This document shows positions 1-9,871 of a stretch of 64,000 nucleotides of DNA, piece by piece. The notes below the pieces were generated by a model. It saw only the letters and a list, made by a program, of their open reading frames with translations, was not told where the DNA came from and searched no databases. Each line of letters opens with the position of its first letter. The first letter of the stretch is position 1. Location of the stretch: NCBI GenBank assembly GCA_051294905.1, contig CM119386.1, positions 11,284,001-11,348,000 on the forward strand, in the 5' to 3' direction. The translations under genes were made by a program, and so were the position numbers. The DNA is from Botryllus schlosseri (lineage: Eukaryota).

Positions 1-1843
1 GGATAGGAAGTGTTCTATGGTTTTCACGACATCACCGTTACAGCCTTGTAATACCAGGCCTAGCACGTTCGACTTCTGGGTGGGAAACAACCTTTTTAAA
101 ATCTCTAGTTGACTCAACCTTCCCGGTCGAAACGACGGGGCCATGATACTTGATAAACTTATTGAGGCCGCGTTAGCGTCATCTCCGCTGGATTTTCTCG
201 GTCTTTTAGCGGACGGCTCCGTGGTATCATTACTGTATGCTGGTCTTTTCTCTCTGCCGCCGCTTGCAGGCTCGTTGGTTGATTCGGAATTAGATACAAT
301 TGATTTCTGTTCGTCTGCAACATAAGATAGTAGTATATCGTTAGTCAGGTGGTGGAGTCGCTTGTGGGCTGCAGCTACGTAGGTTACACTGGTTTGCGCA
401 TTGATCTCAATGATTGTCAGCATGCTGTTAGCACGTCCAATTGCCCAGACGCTGTAGTTTCTAATCAAGCTATATTGTAAGACTATTGATATAGATGCCG
501 AGATCAAAGTGAAAATGCGTAAAATACACAATCAGCTGTCAACTCATGTTATATGAATGTTCGACCACATGACAGATGAGATAGTCGGCTAGTATTTCGC
601 TCCTGAGATGCTATCACTGATTTGAAACGGCGTCAAAATTTCAAATTGGAATTCTCAAGTGTGAGAAACCCATTGATGTTTAAATATTAGCCGATAATTC
701 GCGGTCTATCATGATTCAAACATTGTCCTTTGATAGGTACATTGTTGACCCGTTACTTTTCCAAACAATTTCTTAATAGAATCCAATATGTATCTAAGGT
801 AAAACGTTGTAGGCATGTGATGCCATGTCCTGATCCACAAAAACAGTGACATTTAGACTAATGATGTGAGAATCGAATATTTTACCGTTTTCTGTTTGCT
901 CCTGCGTGTCGCTGTCGAAGTCTGCGTCTGACTCCCCTTGCCGTTGATCAGATAATTCGTCTGATGGGAAGATAGGGCCGGCTTCTAAATACGCGCTTGA
1001 TGATGTGCTGGTCGGCGCGTTCGCCGCTCGTATTCCGAGTGCAATAGCGTCTTCTGCAGCTTGCTGCCTCTTCAAAGCGACCTAAACCGAGTATTGAATG
1101 CTTACACCTATCCTGCCGCCATTTTTTAGTATTACACTAGTGACTAGTAGTATGGGTTATAAATTATGAGTATATAAACTACCCGCACCCTTCGATATAG
1201 GCTTACATATGTAACAATTGTAACATATCTGTGATATATGTGCCTTGTTCAATGCTCATGCTCATTGCTCAGCTTGCGATTCTACGACGAGAATTGATAA
1301 ACTTGACTTTTTAATGTAAATATGCGTCTATTACACTACACCCAAGCACAAGGCACCAAATGAGATGATCAATTGATCATGGACTTGGGTTTGGTTTTGG
1401 AAAAACGATTGATCCGCCTTGGGTCCATGACTTTCTGGAGCTAGATTTGGAGTTGGGCCTATAGGATTATACACACTTTATAATTTTCATTCGACTTTTG
1501 AATTATATACAGTCATTCCTGGATATGGATATTGAATATATAAGACAAAGTAAATTCATGCTTTGAATTTTGACTTGAAGTCGAACAGCAAATTCGTCGA
1601 TGCTCGTAAAAATGGTCATCACAAAATATAGAATCTGTCAGTTCTCACCTGCGCCGCCATGACTCTTTGCCGTTCGGCGATTAAATTGCATTTCGCGCAC
1701 ATGCAGTCTCTGTACGGGCAGTGCCGTTTGTGACCTTTCAACCAGGATATCACGCCGTGGTTCCGGCACCGAGCGCATTTCGGCTTTCTGGCGCCCCGAT
1801 CCGTTGTCGGATAGGACATAATACCACTCATTCCTTGATCCAT
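1..1843 (-). CDS. dmrt93B: Doublesex/mab-3-related transcription factor, Dmrt93B-type (DM + DMA domains); 3' end runs off the window
   Basis: Exons 1843-1649, 1081-886 and 314-<1 join in frame at GT-AG sites. DM domain [46 protein letters not shown]|[16 protein letters not shown] has the usual phase-0 intron after MAAQ; the [11 protein letters not shown] and [15 protein letters not shown] signature is Dmrt93B-like. Exon 3 encodes a basic stretch (PSAKRPRK) and the DMA domain [36 protein letters not shown]. Confidence 0.93.
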
Positions 1844-4800
1844 CTTATATCAATTAAGATATAATTCTGCGAAACATAATAGAAATAAATAAAGACGTGC
1901 AATTAATTTAAAATCTGGCGGAGGAAACCTGAGCAACATCATATAGTTGTAAATTGATTGAAATTACGGAAGTCTATATCAATTTTACATATATGTATAG
2001 AGTAAAATACATAAAAATATTTCGCAAACCGGAAAACGAAATGTCTGATCAACAGTATATTGCTGATAAATTATTGCAGTTCTCTCACACTTATATGCGT
2101 TATACTGCGATATATACTTTAGTTATGGAAAATATTGACTGTGATTGAGATCATCTTGTCATAGGACATACATAAATCTCAATACCCTTTTTGAGTTACC
2201 CGATTGATTCCGGATTGAAACTTTCGTGAAACTTTCGCGTTTACTCGTCTGAACTCAAATTTCAATTCAGATTTTTAATCGATGTAATCTAAACGCGGCG
2301 ATTTGGTTGTGACGTAACTAGTCTACACATGTTAACCGTAGCAAAACTGCAGGCGGCGAAAGCCACCTTTAGCCCTCGATGTCCAATACCCTGCTGCTAA
2401 CATGTTTGTTTCCTAAACGCCGTTGCTCCTCCCAAAATTTCTGACTGGGAAAAAGAAGACTATTTTGTACACACCGTTGATAAAGGAACCGTGTTTAGAA
2501 TAGTAAAACGAAATTATGTTTCGAGATACACGCCCAATCTGTTACAAGGGAACAATTTAAGACGGTGTAATTTAACAAAGCCGCGGCGCGCAGTTGGGTG
2601 TTTCTTACATGTTATGCAAACGTATCTGGTTTCCTCGCAAACATACACAATAAAAAGTCGAGGAAGGGGTCAGATTATATCTCAATCAGAATTAGGAAGG
2701 TCCCACAAGAAGATGTTAGTAAAATGACACCGGAATAATTACACGGAAAAGAATCGACCATTCAACACACGATACAAATAAAGTAACGGAGTCGCTCCCG
2801 TGTCTTTGTTCAAATAAAAGTATCCACGGCTTGAAGGATAATCATCGCGGCCCTTCTGTCGCCGCGCCGCGCTCAAACGGGCACCGGCCCGCAGTATGGT
2901 TCTCACAAAATGGGGCTTTGTTTGAGGTTTGTCGTTATCGGCTTAAACAAAGAAATCCAATCAATGAAGGATAATGTATCCAAGCTCGTCGACTCCAGAT
3001 GAGATCCCTTAAGTATCGAATAAATCCTGTTGCGCGAATTCCTATGGGTAACATTAAACTACGCGATACGTATGAGGATTAATCGTTTTCTCTAGCATCC
3101 CGCCCTTAAGCTGCCAATCACAAAGCTATTGTCCGACCTCCGGCTGATTCGTCCTTCCGATGCATTACATATTACCCCGAAGGATGCGTTTATAAGGAAT
3201 TTCTTAACTAGAACTGACATAGAAACCGTTTTCTGCAAACAAGCAGCCGCTCGTATAAATGGATCAGGATGACTTCAAGTTTGGTAGCATTTTATAAGTT
3301 ACGTTAACATTTCGATAAAATGTGACAGTATCCATGATATCATACAATTTTAAACTTTAAATCGAAAATTCTATTTCTCTCGGTAATTTCCATTATTATT
3401 ACGAATGAGTATAACTTTTAAAGTGAATTAATCCCAGCCGTATCCACTGTTTGGAGATAACAACTATTTGTTATTGATTGTTCTCGCGATAGATATTGCA
3501 TATTTGTATTTTGCATACACATGAAGTCACCGGGAGAAATAATGTTCTTGCCCTCTTGAGGTTGTATTTTGTAAAGTGGTATATTGACCAAAATGTTCGA
3601 AATCACAGAATATCTATGACTTCATCCGGGGCCTACGATATCGTAGGCCCTGCTTCACCATATCGTTGAAATTTCCTACCATACTGAATTAACTGTCTGT
3701 ATCGGTTTCGCTCGGACTCACTAACCGGCGATATACGCTAGCGTCGAGGTCACTAAATATAAGCTTGCGACAGTTACATGTTACTTCCATACTCAAATAC
3801 ATTCTGTATGCTAGGATATCAACTAATTCTGATTTAATCCTGGACAAATTTATCGTGTATTAGGTATAAGTGACTGGTATTTGTAGATACATATCGAACA
3901 CCATCATTGGAAACTCTAATTAAATAAACTCCAAACAATTCCTTTTTTATCGGTAATCCGCCCTGATCTAAAATACACTCACAACGCCATAACTCGCCAA
4001 ATGTTATAATGACTCCGCGGAACCAGACCTGACCATATAGGCAAAGAAGAAAAACTTTAATCTACCCCGAATTTACGACTTCATATTGTTATGTCGATTC
4101 GTTCGTATAATGTCGCTGAAAATAGACTTGGAATAATGAAATATTATGCTATTGAATCGCATGCGGAAATAGTAGGTAAAATCAATATTGATTAAATGTT
4201 GCCTCTGTGTTATATTATGTATTTATATAAGTAGCTGTAGTATTCGTGACCAGCAGTCGTCCATTAACATTATGAAGATGAATACCTAATTTCCGCATGG
4301 TTACATTGTCCCATGACAATAGCGTTTATATTTTCCTCCTTGATATTGCTGATGATATCAAAAACTATTTGTCAATGCGACAGAACTGGAGCATAGTACC
4401 AAATTTTAAGTGAACAAAGTGTCGCATCCAAATGAAAATGAAAATTTCGTAAAGTCATTCTAAAATATTTCTGCATGTGCTAACATTTGGCCCCGCGCCA
4501 ACTAACCTAGAGTAAGAAACCATCATAACACAATTTGTAATTGTTTCCATTCGCATTGTACCACCTCACAATATTTCACGGGTATCCCTTCACCAAACTG
4601 CTCGCATTCACACAAGTATGTGTTCTCAACTGGTGAATGAATCGCGGGTCCGTCCACAGAAAAAAAGCTAATAGTTACTTCAATTTCCACAGTATTCATT
4701 TTGAAATGATACTTGGGCAAAATTTAATTAAATTCGTATGTTTCAAACGCTTTTTGCTACTTTGAAAACCGCGGTTTCGACACAGTGATATAGAAACGGC

Positions 4801-5104
4801 GCAGTAATTAAACCCGTCCCATTGTGTCGCGAGCCCGGGCGAGGGCCCTTACTTCAAAGCCTGCCAACATCTTCAAAAGTCTGGGAGGGATCGTTAGCTG
4901 GTTATTCTTAATATCTGAAGAGCGTTTTGAGTACACACGGTGAATCACATCAAAAGCATTTTGAAACAACTGGTGTCTTTTGTGGTAGAGAGCGACGTAA
5001 TAATAATGATAGAATCAGACTGATGGCGAATCAGAAAAAAAGCAATTTCGACTCTTTTTTGCGACGGGGTTCATAGAGCTCAAAGTACCGGACACCTCTC
5101 TCGA

Positions 5105-5463
5105 ATAGTGAGTGGCGCGGGCATGAAGTCTGCGCGGTATGAAGTGAGAGGTACCGGGTTCGATCCCGAGCTAGTCGTGGCGGTGATGATAATTGTTCCA
5201 ACGTTTGCAGTTTCCACAGTAAAGGCCGGTGCGCCTTGATGTTGTCAGTAACCTTCCTTGGATGTCTGAGCCTCGACGTAAACAACCTCATTTAGTTCGT
5301 ATTTACTATATTACGACGAGGCCATCGCTTCTCAGCATCAGGCACTGCCACTGCTATTTATGATTTGGTGCATAGCGAATCTTTGTTTTAAATTTACTGA
5401 TGGACGGAAAAAATCGGTCAGCGCTCACAATCAATCAATCAATCAATCAGTCAGTCAATCAGT
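5105..5463 (+). mobile_element. Candidate tRNA-derived SINE (decayed)
   Basis: B-box GGTTCGATCC at 5157-5166, a weak A-box-like TGGCGC about 45 bp upstream, and an (AATC)n/(AGTC)n tail at 5429-5463. No second copy seen in the window. Confidence 0.35.
5429..5463 (+). repeat. (AATC)n/(AGTC)n tetranucleotide microsatellite
   Basis: aatcaatcaatcaatcaatcagtcagtcaatcagt read directly. Confidence 0.85.
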
Positions 5464-5594
5464 CGTTTTATTGAAATTTTAATCGGATCAAAAGAACATA
5501 TGATTGAGATAATATGAAAAGATATAACGCAAACGCATATAGCGAATAACGCTGGCATCCCTTATTTCATTCCATTCAGTATGTAATTGTGCAT

Positions 5595-6259
5595 TAGAGC
5601 TCTTCAAAAATGACTTTTTTTTCTCAAATCGTACTGGCTACTTGATAAAATTGTTAGGTTACCTAATTTAAGCCTACACACAAAATTTGGTTCAATTGCA
5701 GCCAGTAACCGCTTTGCTACAGGAGAAGAAAGTTTCTATTTATTATATAAAAATAAATCATAAAAAATTTGAAAATTTTCTGTCTACCCCATGAAAGTGT
5801 TAGGCTGTCTATAGAAACGATCCTCACCAAATTCGGTTCAATTCCAAACAGTGCAAGCGGAGTTATTGCCGTCGAAAAATTTTGATTTGAATAAAATAGT
5901 ATTTACGGTGAGCACAACTATAATAAATAAACAAAGAATCGGTCACCGTAAATACTATTTTATTCAAATCCAAATTTTTCGTCGGCAATAACTCCGTATC
6001 CACCGGTTGGAATTGAACAAAATTTGGTGAGCATCGTTTCTATAGACAGCCTAACACTTTCATGGGGTGAACAGAAAATTTTCAAATTTTCTATCATTTA
6101 TTTTTATATAATAAATGGAAACTTTCTTCTCCTGTAGCAAAGCGGTTACTGGCTGGAATTGAACCAAATTTTGTGTGTAGGCTTAAATTAGGTAACCTAA
6201 CAATTTTATCAAGTAGCCAGTAGGATTTGAGAAAAAAAAGTCATTTTTGAAGAGCCCTA
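5595..6259. mobile_element. Foldback / long-TIR non-autonomous DNA transposon (hAT-like)
   Basis: Arms 5595-5911 and 5943-6259 are inverted repeats (~94% identical by eye) around a ~31-bp spacer. Ends are TAG(A/G)GCTCTTC...GAAGAGCCCTA, flanked by the 8-bp direct repeat TTGTGCAT (5587-5594 and 6260-6267). Confidence 0.85.
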
Positions 6260-7680
6260 TTGTGCATGTGCATTGTGCAATTTGTGCATGCCTCTTACTT
6301 ACATCGCCTCGGCCTTAGGCCCTGATTTCAGAGACTACTCCAAGTCATTTCGACACCTCCCTATCTTTTCATCGTATCGCAATCTTGTGGTGTTGTGAAA
6401 TGATAAAATTCTTAAGGTCTGATACGACCGATACTGATACTGGTTCACCAGCGTAAAAAGTCCAGCATTAATTCAAACGATTCGCGATTTAAAGACGATT
6501 GATGAGCACAAGGTCAGATCCCTGTTGATATCCCTGTATACAAGGTCTTGATAGTAGCACATTTCAGCATTTGTGGTGTATTTTAAACCGCCGTTTAACC
6601 TCAAATTCTAGTTAATAACACGTCCCTGGGTTGGGTCCAACCCGCGATTTGTTTGGCCTCGGCACTGTAATTAGCTCAAATATTTTCATTATATGTCAAG
6701 AAAATAGAATGCAACTTTCTTCCGGAAACTTTCCATCTGCCAACTTCGGCCTTTATCAGATACGCAAGCGACTGCCACATAAACTAGGTAACCATGCAAT
6801 GTTAACGGCAGCATGGCACCCGCCACAAATAACAATTTCGCGCACGCATTACACTTGTGGGATAATAGAGATTAGATCGCACTATACCGGCACTTTCAGT
6901 TGGAGAGCCCGTACATTTCAAATTGACGAGAAATTAAATCGAAAATACCTCCTATTGTGGCTTTGAAGATTATGCAGAAATAATATTTGATGACATCCGA
7001 TACGATCATCTTTCAACTATCCGTCATACCTGAAATTGATTTAGCCACAAAGAAATTTAATTGTATCGGATGTCATTAGTTAATACAAATGTTTGCCATC
7101 GGTTACTACGTCCATGTTGCCGTATCTTTTGTCACCCCGGCACGGATTCTTTCCTGCCCATTTTAGGGACAAATACGCACAGCCCTGTTTTGTCCACAAA
7201 ACTATTAAACTCATTTTGTAAAAATATCTTGTACGACATCGAAATTTCGGCGAAGCATTGTCTCTAAATGTTCGCAAATTTGTCAAATTGGCTCTACCAT
7301 TCTCGCATTATTGGAAAAACAGCCTAGTTCATTGTGTAATTCATTCTTGATGCTTTGAATGAGCTATATTTGCTTAGGTGTAGCTATTGGCTGTTCCATT
7401 ATATTTGCAAACATTATGAGACTTACTTTTCCATTTTATTTTATTTCCACTAATCAAATATGCATACATGTCGCTCTGGCGAACCTTTGGAACTTGGAAA
7501 CGCAATAGCTTTAGGGTCAACGATCCGTTGGGAGTTTATCCTTGCAAATTATCCCCAGCCACCAATTATGTTTTGGTAAAGTAATTACCGGTTATTAAAT
7601 TTATGAACATCAAGGACCCACTCCTGATTTTATTACACGTGTTTTTAATTGATTCTACAAATTGTGAGCCCACTATCGGC

Positions 7681-7762
7681 GGTAGCGTGGCCGAGTGGTC
7701 TAAGGCGCTGGTTTAAGGCACCAGTCATTTCGATGGCGTGGGTTCGAATCCCACCGCTGCCA
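7681..7762 (+). tRNA. tRNA-Leu(AAG): tRNA-Leu, anticodon AAG
   Basis: GGTAGCG acceptor stem pairs with CGCTGCC, followed by discriminator A. A-box TGGCCGAGTGG, anticodon stem-loop CTGGT-TTAAGGC-ACCAG, long variable arm, T-loop GGTTCGAATCC. 82 nt, no intron. Confidence 0.97.
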
Positions 7763-7766
7763 CTAC

Positions 7767-7770
7767 TTTT
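7767..7770 (+). terminator. RNA polymerase III terminator (T4)
   Basis: TTTT 4 nt after the tRNA 3' end. Confidence 0.6.
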
Positions 7771-8834
7771 CGTTTGGTTTGAGTTACCAGATGTTTTCCG
7801 GAATTTAGTGAGATACTACTGTACCCCCCGATACTGACTCGCGCCACCAGAGCACAGTCCCCCATTCACACGGCCTGTCAAGACCAAGATTAGGACTTAT
7901 TGCGTATGAAAAGGGGACTCTGATGGTAGTTTGGATAATCGCGGTTCGGCTGGGAATATGACCCAATGTCCCCCAAGGTACCCCGATACGTAAAATCCAA
8001 CCAAACTGATATGCTTATCTCTACTAAATATATGATCCATGAAAGAATTGATCTTACACGGCATCGGCACTATAAAAATTTTTGGTATAATAGACACTAT
8101 CTACTGTTTTGTCTTGTACGCAACAATCTTCTTTGGATTCATATATTTCCCGGGATTAATGAACCTAAAGCCGGAACATTATCGCTATTATAGAATTTAC
8201 AAAAAAATCGGCACCGAGGTCACATTCGTGGCATCATCCAGATAGTAACTATAAACATCTGCGTCGAATTTGTGGCACAATTTATGGTATCAAAAATATT
8301 TGATATGGCGTTTAATTTGTGAAGAGCGCTTCAGATGCGGAGTTGATAACAAAGTATCAACTAGAAATCGATAGTCACATCAGTGGCATAGTTGAGTACG
8401 GTGGTAATCTTTGAAACGGCGTATGTAGAGTGGATGCGTACGCTTCGAAAATAGGTGCGTATATAGCGTTATGGTGTCAAAGCGTATCCATCTGGTGTGT
8501 ACTGTACATTATCATAAATGAAACGCAATGAAGGCAGTTTCGAATCCATTCTTTTCGTGTCTATACATTGCAAGCAAAAATTCATCATTGTCAAGATCGC
8601 AAATAAATTAGTATTAGAAACAAGGGTGTGATGTATAGGCCACGTATAGGCAATGTATATCAGTCGCTTTAGTGAGTGGACTGTATGTGAAGACTGTTGC
8701 TATGATAGACTTCCCCCGAGATACCAGTAAGAGGGTCAATTTAGTACTGTATCCTAAGATAATAGGGCAAGTTTTTGTTTCGTTAAATCTGTGGAAAGCT
8801 GCATTTATTTTTCACAAATGTTGCAATTAAATAG

Positions 8835-8908
8835 TATATTCATATTGAAATGAACCCGAATATTTTCGGCTGACACTCGTCAGGGGTAATCGTCAGCAAC
8901 TAGTAGTA
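8835..8908 (+). mobile_element. ~75-bp Helitron-like mini-element (family I), copy 1
   Basis: TATATTCATATTGAAATGAACCCGAA...GCTGAC..GTCAGC-AACTAGT (hairpin then CTAGT). Homologous copies at 24724-24792 (reverse) and 46594-46672. Confidence 0.5.
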
Positions 8909-9151
8909 AAAAGTTGTATTTATTTTTCACAAAGTTGCACTAAAATGTTGTATTTATGGACAAGTTCCTTGAAATTATTATGTAGGAGATACTCGAATCG
9001 ATCCGTATCCAAGGCACCGAAGCAAAACTCAGTGTTGGCGACTTCAACAAAATCAATAGCCAGAAAAAATTGACCTAGTGAAAATATCATTTTCGGCGGT
9101 CTAGCCCGAATGTAAGTCATATCAGAAAGGACCTCAAATTTAAACGACAGT

Positions 9152-9525
9152 GAGGATTTATCGTCCTTTTTCGGGTTTTTGAAAATGTCCTCCGAGGACG
9201 CCTAAATGTCCCCCTTTTTGATATTTTGTCCTCTTTTTTAGGAATTTTGGTCAAATTTATAGCAAAATTGGACTGAGATGCCGTAAACCAGCACCGAAGT
9301 GACGCTCCGGCGGGTATTTCGGGAGCTGAGCAAAAGTTGACCTTTTTTTAGTCAACCACCCGACAATGTGAAAGAAAAACTTTATTTTGGGCACCGAACG
9401 AAAAAGATGACCGACTACGAAGTGGTAGAAATTTACCACTTTTTCAGGATTTTTCACCGGTATTCTGAGTTTGAAAATTTTGAAGAAGTGTCGTCCTTTC
9501 CCGATTCCAAAATATGGTAACCCTG
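9152..9525 (-). mobile_element. Family B hAT MITE fragment nested in the family H copy
   Basis: Ends in TATGGTAACCCTG (B TIR) and carries the GGAGCGTCACTTCGGTGCTG module shared with 12259-12636 and 58673-59679. The other TIR is missing. Confidence 0.7.
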
Positions 9526-9871
9526 CATATAGTGCCAAATATTTCCATTTAAAAGTTAGTTGCATGAGAAATCGAAAGAAGTTGCAAAAAGTCGCATGAA
9601 AAAAATGGAGAAAAGTTGCAAAAAGTTGCAGTATAAGAATCCCCAAAACAGCTTAAAACACCATACGACATAACTTCTGAGTATTTAGGAAGCTGTCGGA
9701 AGCTGTAAAAAAAGTTGCGAAAGTTGCAAAAACTTGCCCTATAGAATATGTCATAAATGTTGTTGTTATTTATGAGCCGGACGCCGCGGTGCAAAATAAT
9801 GATAAAGAGTGTATACTATAGACGTGTTTAATTACGTTACAGAAATGGCTGCATAACACTATTGCTTTTAG

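Larger units (their letters stand above)
8763..9741. mobile_element. Non-autonomous hAT element, family H (TIR TAGGGCAAGTTTTTG), composite copy with internal insertions
   Basis: Perfect 15-bp TIRs at 8763 and 9741 and GTTGCA subterminal repeats. Homologous to 34851-35125 and 36777-37279. TSD poorly conserved (TAAGATAA/TAGAATAT). Confidence 0.75.

Noticed and set aside
143-325. Plus-strand 60-aa ORF
   Set aside because: Antisense shadow of Dmrt exon 3.
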